Assembly (NCBI GenBank): GCA_025594325.1
Contig: JANHCV010000010.1
Span: 992,001-1,056,000 of the forward strand
DNA: 64,000 nucleotides
Source of the DNA: Blastocladiella emersonii ATCC 22665
Lineage: Eukaryota; Fungi; Blastocladiomycota
Reading direction: 5' to 3'
Shown: positions 21,101 to 30,613 of the stretch, in pieces
How positions within the stretch are numbered: position 1 is the stretch's first letter
How the letters are laid out: every line of letters starts with the position of its first letter
Notes under the pieces: model-generated
Seen by the model: only the letters and a program-made list of their open reading frames with translations
What the model was told of the DNA's origin: nothing
Databases searched by the model: none
Position numbers and translations under genes: made by a program

Positions 21101-21520
21101 GTTGCGCATGAACGAGAGCGACGTCGAGAAGTCGTTCTCCTCGTCGCGTCCCGCGGCGGCGCGGTCCGCCGACGAGCCCCACTGGGCCAGGTCGCGCTGG
21201 AACGCGGCCAGCTCGAGCTCGCCCGTCATGTTGAGCGCGCTGGCGTCGCCAAAGCCGAGACGCGAGTGCGCAAACTTGTCGGGGCGGCGCGAGGCGGTGC
21301 TCTCGGCGAGCCCGTTGAGGTCCGAGATGGCGGAGATGGACGCCTCGAGCATCGGGTCGGCGCGGGCCCAGTCGAGCAGCGCGGCGCGGTCCTCGTCCTC
21401 GACGTGCGCCAGCTGCGCGCGGAGCTCGCGCATATACCGGTCGCTGATGGACGCGTCCGTGTCGTTGGCGGCGGATGGCCGCGGCGCGGGGGCCGATGTC
21501 GCGGCGACGGGTGGAGCCAT
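18146..21520 (-). CDS. CEP57: CEP57/translokin-like centrosomal protein
   Basis: 1124-aa ORF with coiled coils. IPVPFVVGKSAGKSFSVPVNLQRALSLAKAH..C resembles the conserved CEP57 motif (PFVAGKSTSPSHAVVANVQLVLHLMKQH..C). C-terminal two-helix segment. Confidence 0.6.
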   Translation of the reverse strand: MAPPVAATSAPAPRPSAANDTDASISDRYMRELRAQLAHVEDEDRAALLDWARADPMLEASISAISDLNGLAESTASRRPDKFAHSRLGFGDASALNMTGELELAAFQRDLAQWGSSADRAAAGRDEENDFSTSLSFMRNYPVPELPSRRTVSYVNPADEDGARRAYLPDLTGTFGDPDTSAIPLADRTGHGDVTAAAIDVSAWNPRGHADEDDEEEDEDDAAFEFHPSPPSQSLRADEDDVDAADRTHNTTAHRISVSPPPPTLPPLNLESVRLGSTATSVGSSPSDKAETPTGYDSRRRGSATIRASATAPSTGSSRSPASASSAQRAAVPTDATVTPRTLAQHLRPAPAPAASGSPRTASSSSPRTAAAAPAPTAPRPVVSPRLPSPTHDAGSSGEDSDTTQAELPEYRSLPPVVSTPSRRTHTNGPNGAAADPASASRSRVTPRSQHHPPTAAAAAAATPRSPPAAASSTPSSSATDSPPSLFSLHHHHAGTDLASAVAQLSQEVRSLTADRDTLRTRLDTVRGADLARIHALEKEIKSLKATLEIVHADRHAKSHEAARARRELEDARDRCRSLEDVVCEQRGMIEEFQAKVHGHAAAAAAAAAVPVARRERDSGVAVDVSPPPPPQPPRAEPTVAVTAAHREAWTSPRSPNSTTSTMRPAPEPRVRATSPLPDPLTIITPTSASSASLASPAPPRSEASVQTEATVTGLAAASSADRDEARVRALKRAMEHEFRNRLRKLAERKFARKSEESALRELGDGIQQQQEQRPREDKERRRRDRSRDRYDSGNENQYYDHYAERGPSSSSRRARSASPGGDHHDHDQHYCSHGYRSRSRSRSRERSPDAHMQPTEASARRVSQTRAATQQRGKSAGRAPTSAPVRPPAHTVARVGAAANEAIPVPFVVGKSAGKSFSVPVNLQRALSLAKAHAPHKCPHCPYEPSGDGTPHVHAPMAVLAAHLDPSPRIRRLDDERQHLYVELARAINENGGAAGVARTEQHERTQKIIRRLAVIEAELEELLAAEHGDEVKPAPPPQQQRKQQATTTATGKGKTPAGSPRRAPPPRPEPSSSSRPRASGRDSPTGRAAPPGHVPLRAIEKPLIRNLGLLRTTHLAQQALQR

Positions 21521-21917
21521 GGTCGGCAGGTCTGGGAGGGGGGAGTATGCGGTCGGTGGGTGAGCCGAGGATCACGGCGCAATGAGGATGATGGCGGGCG
21601 GTAGTCACCTAGCACAGTGCAGCTAGTCCGAGTCGACGAGATGCATGGGGTGCCGCCGTCGTGGCGCGGTTTCGTGGTGGATGAGCGGAGAGGAGAACGC
21701 GCGGCCCGACGCGTCTCGCCGCCCTCTCCCCCCGTCACCTGAGCTCCCCCTGAGCCTCCGCGTGACCGCGAGACGCGTCTCGCACCTGCACGCGCGCCGC
21801 CGCCGTCGCCGCCGTCGCGGTCCTCGAGTCCGCGGCCATCGCGAGGGTCGCGGACCACCCTGACGGCATCCATGAAAGCGTAACCGAACCACCACCACCA
21901 ACAACTGATCCAGCACC

Positions 21918-22357
21918 ATGGCGGCAGTGTCCGACTCGAACCCGAACCTGGCCGACACCAAGGGGTCGGGCGGCGACGGCAAGGCGGCCGGCGGTGACGT
22001 CAAGGACGACAAGGACGCGCGCAAGGTGTTCAACTACCCGCTGGTCAAGGTGCGCTTCCTCGGCCCTCTCGCTCACACCACTCCATCGCTAACGTCTTCC
22101 TCCCAAAACAGTACACGGACATGTCCGAGGAGCTGCGCGTCGAGACGGTCGACATGGTGGTCACGTACCTCGAAAAGCACCCGGGCAACTACGAGGCCGC
22201 GGCCAAGAGCATCAAGGAGGTCATGGACAAGAAGTGCGGCACCTCGTGGCACGTCGTCATCGGCGAGGGCTTCGAGTTCGAGATCACCTACGAGGTCAAG
22301 AACATGCTCTTCATGTACTTTGCCTCGTTCGGCGTGCTGCTGTGGAAGGCGAGCTAG
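21918..22357 (+). CDS. DNAL4: Axonemal dynein light chain 4 (LC8 family), 2 exons
   Basis: Intron 22050-22111. FNYPLVK/YTDMSEELRVE...AAKSIKEVMDKKCGTSWHVVIGEGFEFEITYEVKNMLFMYF closely matches DNAL4. Confidence 0.92.
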
Positions 22358-22544
22358 CTGATCGGTTTGCCCAAAACAGTGCGCGGGTCGCCTATGTACA
22401 TAAATATATCAACGTCGGTTCACAATGGCGGGCGGGAGTGGGGAGGGGCGGGCAGTGAGTGGCGGGGGTGACTAGGAGGGAGAGTGGGTGGGGTAATCAG
22501 AGAGAGGAGAACGGGTTCACAGGGACGAACGAACGCTCCCTCAC

Positions 22545-22982
22545 TCACTCGGCCGCGGCCGCGTCGTCCGACTTGCGCTTGCGCACGGCGCGCTTCTTGG
22601 GCTCGTCGCCGTCCGCGAGCGGCGCCGCCGACGCCGGTGGCGCGTCCTCGACCTTGGACGCAATGTCGCGCAGAAAGTCGAACTTGTCCGTGGCCATGAT
22701 GGCCGCCTTCATGTGGCCCGGATGCAGTTTCCGCGCGTGGTGGGCTGCGGCCACCCCGACCGACTCGTCGAGCAGCGTCTGCATGAACAGCTCGAGCGCC
22801 TTGGAGATGAGCACCGGCGTCGACTGCGCCACCTTGCCCACGTCCTCGTCGAGCTGCATGATCTTCTTGATGCGCGCCTACGAGTGTGCCTAGCGGGTTA
22901 GGGACCAACGGTTCACCGCATCGCGGGCGCGAGAGCAGCGTACCACGGGGAACTTGGTCTTGTACTTTTTGTTCATCTTCAT
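22545..22982 (-). CDS. DRAP1: NC2-alpha (DRAP1/Bur6) histone-fold transcription cofactor, 2 exons
   Basis: Intron at about 22943-22878. KYKTKFPV/ARIKKIMQLDEDVGKVAQSTPVLISKALELF...FDFLRD. Confidence 0.92.
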
Positions 22983-23483
22983 GGTTGCGGTGGAGGGCGG
23001 GTGCTGATCACTCGGGGGTGGCAGGTGGTGGGTGGCACAGGGACTGCTTGGCACGGGCGAGCCGTGGTCGTGGTCGTGGTCGAGGGTCGGGGTCAGGGAA
23101 CCGGGCGGCCCGCTGCTGCGTGGCAAAAGTGGATCTTAGGCTCGGTGCGATGCATGGTGTGTGTGGAGGCTCCCCGCCGCGGGTATTTGTACTGGTGGAG
23201 GCGTGCTTTGACCGCGGTCGAGCGCGCGGGCTGAGCTGGCTCGAGCACCGAAAACTCGCAAAACCAAGCCCGCGCCGTCTCCCAGCCCCCACGTGCGAGG
23301 TCACGCCCGCGTTTCACTTGCCACGGGGACACGCGACGCGGGCGCGCTGATCGCTTCTGCCCCGTCTTGCGCTAGCTCCATCTATCTCAGCAACACGTAA
23401 CTCTATGCAATGAAGGCAAGCGCCATGAATCTATCAGTCGTCTGAGGTCTGAAGCTGACTTGTCTGCCACCGCGCCGCCAACA

Positions 23484-23864
23484 GCGCTCCGCGTCCGCCC
23501 TCAGCGACTCGGCCATCGCCCACGACGTGGCCGCCGCCAAGCTGCGCGGCGTCATCGACTCGCAGATCCGCGTCACCGTCACCGACGGCCGGTGCTTCCA
23601 GGGCCTGCTGCGGTGCACCGACCGCGACCGGAACCTGGTCCTCACCGACGCGACCGAGCACAGCCCCGGCGGTACGCTTCGGCCCGCTTCGCCACGCCGG
23701 TCGCCCACTGACACCCGTTCGCTCCAGGCAAGGAGCGGTACCTCAACATGATCCTGGTCCCCGGCGCGCACATCGTCAAGGCCGAGCTGTACGACTCGCT
23801 GCTGGAAAAGGCCAACGCCGCGGGCCAGGTCGCTGCGCAAGAGGCAGCAGAAGAGTCGGCATGA
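23484..23864 (+). CDS. NAA38: LSm-domain NatC auxiliary subunit (NAA38/Mak31); start exon not resolved
   Basis: KLRGVIDSQIRVTVTDGRCFQGLLRCTDRDRNLVLTDATE, intron 23672-23727, then KERYLNMILVPGAHIVKAE. Confidence 0.75.
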
Positions 23865-23927
23865 CGAGCGAGTTTATACTACTACCCATTACTACTAGCG
23901 AAAATGTACAGTTCATCCGATCACCAC

Positions 23928-26900
23928 TTAGCGAGCCACACCGGCCCCAGGCCCGCCGCGTGCGCGGCCCGGCTCCTCGCTCGCACGGCGCACCGCCGTC
24001 GACGCGGCGGCCGCCAGTCCCGCGGCCATCCCGTGCACTGACTTGACCGGGACCGGAATCCCACCGGCCGACTTGCGCACCGACGCAAACGCCGCGGCCG
24101 CCGCGTGCCCGACGGGTGCCGTCGCACGCCGCCCGAGCGTCTGCGGGACGTACTCGACGACCGATTCGGTATCGAGACACGTCCACTTCTGCTTCGCCCG
24201 CTCGCGCGCCGCGGGCGTGACGGCGCGGCACTGGCTGAAGTTGACGACCGCGAGCTGCGGCGGCGCCGTGTCTCCGTCCGCGAGCAGGTCGAGCATGGCG
24301 TCGTCGACGCGCACGCACCCGCGCATCCCGAGCCGCTCGAGCTTGCGGCACCCGCGCGCGATCGTGGCGACCGACGCGTGCGAGACGAGCGACCCGCAGA
24401 AGCTCACGTCGAGCGTGCGCAGGTGCGTGAGACCCGCGAGGCTCACGGCCGAATCCTCGGACAGCGCGCAGCAGAAGGCGAGCCCGAGCGTGTGCAGCGA
24501 CGGGCACACGCTGCAGATCGCGGCGAGCGCGATGTCGCTTAGCAGCGAGCAGTCGCCCAGGATCAGCGTCTCGAGCGACCACGCTGCCGAAATGGCCGGC
24601 CATACCAGGAACGCGTCGTCGCGCAGGCCCGTGCACCGCTGCAGGTTCAGCGAGCGCAGGTGGCGCAGCGTGTCCCACGTCGTCGTCACGGCCGTCGTGA
24701 GGGGTGCGGCGGCGGCGGCGGTGAGCGGGAGTACCGGCGCCGTCTCGGTCGTCGTGGTCGCGGGCGCCGACTGCGGCCCTTCCTCGCTCGGCTTCGGTGC
24801 GGCGGACGACGTCGACGACGTCTCGAGCGCGAACATGGCCGCCGAGAGCGCCTTGCAGTACCCGAGCGACAGCTCCTCGAGTTTGGGGAACATGAGCAGG
24901 CACTTGCGCAGGGCCACGTCGTCCATCTTGCGCAGGTTCGACAGGTCGACGGACCGCACGCTCGGCAGCGTCTGCGCCACGGCCGTTGCCGCGAACGCCG
25001 CGGGCGAGATCTCCCAGCACCCGTGCAGGTTCAGGTCCGTGAGAATGGCGCACCGCTGCAGGAACGGCGTGATCCCGGCGTCCGTCACGGCGAAACAGCC
25101 CTTGAGGTTCATGCGCTTGATGAAGGGGCCGCTACGTATCCCGGAAAGTGTGAGTTTTCCGTTGACGGCGAGTGAGAGAAGAGTAACGTACCAGCCCTGC
25201 GCAACAATCGCGAGCGCCGCGTCGTCAAACGTCTTGAGCCCGCCGAGATCCACGTCGGCGCACCACGCCTCGCGGTGGTTCTGGAACCAGTGCACCATAT
25301 CGAGGCACGCGACGCGCAGGCGGAACCGCTCGCGCACGGGGAGCCCGCGCACGATGCGCGCCGCGACGCGCGGGTGCTCGAAGAAGACGGACTGCAGCGT
25401 GACGCTCGGCACGCTGTTGAGCCCGCTCGCCGTGCTCGCGCCCACCGACGACTCGCAGCTCATGGTGCGCCGGCCCAGGTCGAACGTGCTGCCCGTCGCC
25501 GACCCCGGCGTCAGGCTCTCGGTGCTCGCCGCGAACCGCGACGACGACTTGACGCCGAGCGACGCCGTCACCGAGTTGGCCGCCATCGCCGCCACCGCCT
25601 TGGCCGCCGACTCGTTGGCCATCTTCATGAGCCGCGGGTCCGACCACACGGCCACGCTCGCGCGGCGCCGCGACGGGTTGAGCGCCGCGATCGCCGACAC
25701 GTGCTTGTTCGGGTTGGCGGGCGTCGCCGGGAGCTCGACAACGACAGCGGCGGCGGGTGGGGCGGGACCAGGCGCGCACGGGTCGTACTCGGCGGACCCG
25801 CTCCCGGCACTGTCGGCGTGGTCGAACGTGATGGCGGGGGTCCCGTCGAGCTCGTCGACCGAGTTGACGGCGCTCGTGTGCCGCGACGTGGCCGCCGACG
25901 ACGCCGGGTTCGACGACGAGTCGTGGAAGCTGTCGTCCTCGTTCTCCTCCTCCTCCTCGGCCAGACCAAAACTGCCGCCGGCGCCCGTCCCGCCGCCGCC
26001 GCTGCTCGCGCGCGAGAGCCCGTGCTCGGAGCCCGCCGACAGCGTCGAGTGCGACTGGTGCTTGCTCCCCGAACCAAGGCCCAGCGCGCCGACGGGGCCC
26101 GAGAACAGGCTCATCATGTCCTGCAGCCCGATCCCGCCGCCCGAGCTCGGCGAAATGGCCATGTCCGTCGCGGCAGTCGCGCCCGACGAGCCCGCGGACA
26201 GGAGCGAGAGCGGGGCGAGGCTGCCGCCCGACGTCGCGGCGTGGAACTCGGTCGTCGCCGCGTGCGAGCCCGGCGGGGACGCCGCCGCGGGCGAAATGGC
26301 GCTACCGCTGTTGGACCGCATGGTGCTGCTGGTACTTGGGTTGAGCGACGCCGCGCCGCCTCCGGCGTTGGCCGAGGCTGTCGCCATGGCCGCAAGCGCC
26401 TGCGAAAAGGCCATGGGCGAGATGGACGCGCGGCGGCTTGGGCCCGCTGACGCGGCGCCCGTCCCGCCGATCGTGTGGCCCGGCGTCGTCGCGCCGGTCT
26501 CGACCTGCTGCTGCTGCATGTACAGGCGCTGGTTCGGGTGCAGCGCGGCGATCCGCGCCTCGGCCGCCTGGCGGATCCGCTCCTCGACGGCGGGCCGGAA
26601 CCGCGCGTTGATCACGTCGCGCAGGTCGCCGCGCTGCAGGACCATGAGCACGCTGCGCTCGGTCGCCACCACGCTCGCGGTGCGCCGGATGCCCTCCATG
26701 ACCATGGCGATCTCGCCGAAGAACGAGCCCGCCGAGTGCGTCGCGTACACGGACTCGCCGTCCTTGGACGTCACGGCCACGGCGCCGCGCAGGATCAGGA
26801 ACAGCGCGCGGCCCTCCTCGCCGGCCCGGATCAGCACGTCGCCCGGCGTGACGTGGCGCATGGTGCCGAGCGTCGCGAGCGCGCGGAAGAAGCCCGGCGC

Positions 26901-27122
26901 TTCGGCGTCGAGGCCCGCGAACAGCGGGTGCATCCGCAGCATCGACTCGAGGTCGAAACCCGGCGAGCTGGCAGGGGCGGGAGCCGGGGCGGGTACGGAG
27001 GGGATATGGTGGTGGATGGTAGTGGTAGTGGTGGTATGCGGAGCCGGCGGCGTCGCGGGATCGTGCGCCGCGGCCGCGGCCGCCGCGGGGTCGGACGACG
27101 ACGGTGTCGCGGGATGGCTCAT
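23928..27122 (-). CDS. Cyclic-nucleotide-binding domain + F-box-like + RNI-like LRR protein
   Basis: cNMP motifs GDVLIRAGEEGRALFLILRG..GSFFGEIA..RRTASVVA. F-box-like segment near FFEHPRVAARIVRGLPVRERFRLRVAC. Many LxxLxLxxC repeats. In-frame 60-nt intron at about 25191-25132. Likely ATG at 27122. Confidence 0.85.
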   Translation of the reverse strand: MSHPATPSSSDPAAAAAAAHDPATPPAPHTTTTTTIHHHIPSVPAPAPAPASSPGFDLESMLRMHPLFAGLDAEAPGFFRALATLGTMRHVTPGDVLIRAGEEGRALFLILRGAVAVTSKDGESVYATHSAGSFFGEIAMVMEGIRRTASVVATERSVLMVLQRGDLRDVINARFRPAVEERIRQAAEARIAALHPNQRLYMQQQQVETGATTPGHTIGGTGAASAGPSRRASISPMAFSQALAAMATASANAGGGAASLNPSTSSTMRSNSGSAISPAAASPPGSHAATTEFHAATSGGSLAPLSLLSAGSSGATAATDMAISPSSGGGIGLQDMMSLFSGPVGALGLGSGSKHQSHSTLSAGSEHGLSRASSGGGGTGAGGSFGLAEEEEENEDDSFHDSSSNPASSAATSRHTSAVNSVDELDGTPAITFDHADSAGSGSAEYDPCAPGPAPPAAAVVVELPATPANPNKHVSAIAALNPSRRRASVAVWSDPRLMKMANESAAKAVAAMAANSVTASLGVKSSSRFAASTESLTPGSATGSTFDLGRRTMSCESSVGASTASGLNSVPSVTLQSVFFEHPRVAARIVRGLPVRERFRLRVACLDMVHWFQNHREAWCADVDLGGLKTFDDAALAIVAQGWYVTLLSLAVNGKLTLSGIRSGPFIKRMNLKGCFAVTDAGITPFLQRCAILTDLNLHGCWEISPAAFAATAVAQTLPSVRSVDLSNLRKMDDVALRKCLLMFPKLEELSLGYCKALSAAMFALETSSTSSAAPKPSEEGPQSAPATTTTETAPVLPLTAAAAAPLTTAVTTTWDTLRHLRSLNLQRCTGLRDDAFLVWPAISAAWSLETLILGDCSLLSDIALAAICSVCPSLHTLGLAFCCALSEDSAVSLAGLTHLRTLDVSFCGSLVSHASVATIARGCRKLERLGMRGCVRVDDAMLDLLADGDTAPPQLAVVNFSQCRAVTPAARERAKQKWTCLDTESVVEYVPQTLGRRATAPVGHAAAAAFASVRKSAGGIPVPVKSVHGMAAGLAAAASTAVRRASEEPGRARGGPGAGVAR

Positions 27123-27941
27123 GCTTGATTCATATGCGAGCGAGCAGGCGGTGTTCCGATCGCGTGGAGTGGGGGGTTTCGGGAGGTTGCGTTGTACTGG
27201 ATCGCGGAAAGTAGGCTCTGGGTTGGAGCGCATGCGATGCACCAAGATGGGCCCGCGAATTTGGTCGCTGGCCGTAATATTGCCGCGAGGCCGTGTGAGT
27301 GCGAGACAGTGGAGACATCACGTGCGCGGTGCGAGACGCGTGTCACGCGTCGGTGGTTGCGCGCTCGACTTGGACCGAAACATTGGCGATGTGGGGCTCG
27401 CACTGGGTGCAATATGTGACTGTGAAGCGGTTACATACGATTTAAAGCTAAGGGAACATCGTACCGAGGCCGCGAAGGCAGTCGATGGAGCGCTTCGATG
27501 GCACGAAGCAGCGTGTCTGCGCGGTCCGGATCCTGTCGCTGTGCCGGGACTAGGGTCTCAGAATGCTTCCGCACATCATAACTCGCTTTCGGACCGATCC
27601 AGGTAAAGGGTGGCCATCGATATACATGTCGGACGCGAGCTGCATCAGGTCATCAAGGCAACGATCGACGTCCCCATCATCGAAACCACCAGTCAATATC
27701 AGCGGCATCTTCGACTGAGTCGAGTGAAGTCCGGGCATCAACGCGATGCGTCACTTCGTGCGCAAGACTCACTCGCACCTTGGCGTGACTGCGAAGCGGC
27801 GGACAGATGGCCCACATGGCGGCGGCCAGCGCGGCCGACGCCCTGGCCGACGCCCACCTGGACACCTCTTCGTCCGCTTCGCAACGGATCGCCGCTCTCC
27901 CAACCTCGACACCCCCTCCAGAAAACGTAAACGAATGAACC

Positions 27942-29933
27942 ATGGACTTCATGCAATGTAAACTAGCGGTTCCAAATATCATCGAGAACATCCTGGTCCA
28001 CGCGGTCTACTTGCTTGACAGCGACGACCTGGACAGCATGCGAGCCTGCCTCCACGTCCTGCCACGCGCGTTCATCCCCGGCGTGACTCGTGCGGTTCTG
28101 GACCGCCTTCCTTACCTCGACGCCGATTACGCGACAAGGACGGGCGACGCTGAGCTGCTGTGGATCCTATCAGGATATGGGTCGTCGATTCAGGCAGCGC
28201 CAGTTGACTTTCAGTGCATTCACGAGGCGCTGCTTGAGGGCTACGACACGGTCGTTGCGTTCTGGCGAGACCGCTACGACGCTATCAAGGGTCTCCCGCG
28301 CCGCGTTTGCGACAACCGACTTGACGTTGCGCTCGCCGTGCATGAGCCTCGCCCACTCCTCGGTCCCGCGCCTGGTGACGCAGAGGTCGCCAAGCTGTTC
28401 CACTTGATCTCGACTGGTCAAATCGAGGAGCTTACAATCAAGGACAAACGGCTGACTTTCGAAGGTATTGCGACCCTCGACCATGCTCTCGCTTCGCCCA
28501 ACCAGCGCATAACCTCCGTTTCGCTCATCTGCTGCGACCTGAACACGGCCCGTATCCTTGCTCTGCGCCTGCCCGTGACCGTCACCACCCTCGACCTCAG
28601 CTTGCTTGTCCCCCAGGGGGTTGACGAGATCGTGCGGCAGCTGCCTTCCTCGTTGACCTCGCTCCGCCTGCAAGATTGTATGCTCTCCACGGCTAGTGCG
28701 TCTGCCTTACTTGCGCAACTTTCAACTTCGTTTCCTTCCCTCACGACGCTCGATCTTTCTGGCAACAAGTTTTACTTGGCTGATACGTCGACCTTACTTG
28801 CGCAACTTTCAACTTCGCTTCCTTCCCTCACGACACTTGATCGTTCTGACAACAAGTTCGACACGGCTAATGTTGAAGCAGCGACATTGCTCCCCTCCTC
28901 GACACTCGAACGACTCATTCTCCAACGCTGTTTTCCCCACGGCATCGACGGGACTCGGCTTATCGAGCAATTTCCACTTAGTCTGGTCGAGCTTGACCTC
29001 ACACACGGCACTGCAATTCCAATCCTAGACCAGCAGTGGGAATCACTACTGGCTTGGCTTCCCAAGCTTACTTGCCTCTCCAAACTCACGCTAGACTATT
29101 GCGCGGTGCCTATGTCCCGGCTGGTCGTGTCTCTCCCAGCATCCATTGCCAACATTTCGGTTTGTGGTGTATACCTCGACGACGCGATTGTACAGGCGTT
29201 TGACAACCATATGCTCCCGAAGCTGCACAAGCTAAAGCTCACTCCTTGGACCTCAAGGCCAGCCCGCATCAACGTCTTGGCACTTCAGTTGCTCTGGGAG
29301 TCCTTGAATGCCCCAGATCCCATAGTTTTGGGCCCGGCGCTACCTGTAACACTCACAGAGCTGGAGTTCCACTTCAACGACGTCGAGGATTTGCGCCGTG
29401 CCAGATTGATCGCTGAATTCGTGGACCCGCTCTCTCACTTCCGCGGCAAGCTGCAGTCCCTCACGTTGGTTGGGTTCGATGCACAGTATCACACCATGGA
29501 TCAAGTTACTCAACCAATTCCTCCGTCGCTGCGCACGTTCGAGATTCGGAACTTCATAGGGCGAATGGGAAACTGGGAGCCTCCGCTTGAACGCTTGCCA
29601 AAGGGTCTCGTACACCTTTCGGTCCGAGGCGCAGAGCTTGAGCATCACGCAGTCCGTGCGCTCGCCTCATGGCTCCAGCACGCCGGCTCGTTGAAGTCGC
29701 TCTCGCTTTGTTCGTGCGCTTTCACAAGTGACGCGTTGTCGCTGTTGATTCCGGCGCTGCCCGATTCGCTTGAATCAATTGATTTGACCGAGAACAGTTG
29801 CGTCAACGATGCGACCGTCGATGCGCTCATGTCTCGAGCCCTGCCCATGCTCTCAACTGTGGTGGTTGACGATACACGCGTCACGACGGAGGGCAAGGTG
29901 CGACTCGAGGTGCTTACTGGCATCGCGGCGTGA
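27942..29933 (+). CDS. F-box-like + ankyrin-like + RNI-like LRR protein (expanded family), intronless
   Basis: VPNIIENILVHA N-terminus, degenerate ankyrin-like helices, then LP..L..LDL repeats. Colinear with 36461-38293 (ALASPNQRITSVSLICCDL vs ALASPSQRVSEISLVCCDL). Confidence 0.85.
   Translation: MDFMQCKLAVPNIIENILVHAVYLLDSDDLDSMRACLHVLPRAFIPGVTRAVLDRLPYLDADYATRTGDAELLWILSGYGSSIQAAPVDFQCIHEALLEGYDTVVAFWRDRYDAIKGLPRRVCDNRLDVALAVHEPRPLLGPAPGDAEVAKLFHLISTGQIEELTIKDKRLTFEGIATLDHALASPNQRITSVSLICCDLNTARILALRLPVTVTTLDLSLLVPQGVDEIVRQLPSSLTSLRLQDCMLSTASASALLAQLSTSFPSLTTLDLSGNKFYLADTSTLLAQLSTSLPSLTTLDRSDNKFDTANVEAATLLPSSTLERLILQRCFPHGIDGTRLIEQFPLSLVELDLTHGTAIPILDQQWESLLAWLPKLTCLSKLTLDYCAVPMSRLVVSLPASIANISVCGVYLDDAIVQAFDNHMLPKLHKLKLTPWTSRPARINVLALQLLWESLNAPDPIVLGPALPVTLTELEFHFNDVEDLRRARLIAEFVDPLSHFRGKLQSLTLVGFDAQYHTMDQVTQPIPPSLRTFEIRNFIGRMGNWEPPLERLPKGLVHLSVRGAELEHHAVRALASWLQHAGSLKSLSLCSCAFTSDALSLLIPALPDSLESIDLTENSCVNDATVDALMSRALPMLSTVVVDDTRVTTEGKVRLEVLTGIAA
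28705..28860 (+). repeat. Recent 87-nt (29-aa, one LRR unit) tandem duplication
   Basis: ccttacttgcgcaactttcaacttcg... occurs at 28705 and 28792. Protein LLAQLSTS(F/L)PSLTTLD(L/R)S(G/D)NKF appears twice. Confidence 0.9.
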
Positions 29934-30202
29934 AAAGTCGCGATCTCGCCTCACAAGGAGCTGTGCGACACTCGCGTACCGTAAGAAGCTAGCGCATGAT
30001 TTCCAATATTTTGTGACATGAAGAATCTGGGCTGAGATAAATTGCAGTCTAATTTTTGAGCTCGCACAATCATTCAGGGTACGCTAGGGTCACACCACAA
30101 CACATCACACAAGGCCACGGGGAATCGAGAGAAAAGGGAGACATCGTGAGAAGATCACAAAGGTTGGACGAGCAATACGACTAGGAAAAGTCGCGCCGAG
30201 AC

Positions 30203-30613
30203 TTACTGGCGGGTCCAGGTCGGGGCGTTGGCGGGCAGCGGGGCCTTGTCGGCCTGCGCGCCCGAGAAGCTGACGAGCTTGCAGCCGCCGAGCACCGACA
30301 CGTTCATGTCGCGCGACTTGGCGGGGCAGGTCCACGTCTGCGCGACCGACCACGACGGGTTGATGGCCATGCGCACGGTCATGGTGTCGGCCTTGGCGTC
30401 GTACGACCAGGTGCCGACGCCGCCGGCCTCGTGGCACGGGATGCGGGTGCAGCGGATCGTGGACTTGACGGTGAGCTTGCCGTCGGCGCCGAAGGTCGCC
30501 GAGTGCGTGTTGCTGACCTTGTAGGTGGCGGGGACCGGGAACGGAGCCTTGGCGGCGGACACGGTGGCGACGAGGGCCAGGACGATGGCGAAGAGGAAGG
30601 CGACGGCGTTCAT
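30203..30613 (-). CDS. Small secreted protein, 136 aa, 4 Cys, unknown family
   Basis: Clear signal peptide (MNAVAFLFAIVLALVATVSA), strong GC3 codon bias, and TATAAA at 30713-30708 upstream. Confidence 0.85.
   Translation of the reverse strand: MNAVAFLFAIVLALVATVSAAKAPFPVPATYKVSNTHSATFGADGKLTVKSTIRCTRIPCHEAGGVGTWSYDAKADTMTVRMAINPSWSVAQTWTCPAKSRDMNVSVLGGCKLVSFSGAQADKAPLPANAPTWTRQ

Noticed and set aside
21700-21790. ACGCGT/CGCG (MCB/E2F-like) sites in several promoters
   Set aside because: CGCG words are very frequent at this GC content, so enrichment cannot be judged by eye.
399-22357. Functional cluster of microtubule genes (Spindly, CEP57, DNAL4)
   Set aside because: They are interspersed with unrelated genes over 22 kb, which is compatible with chance.
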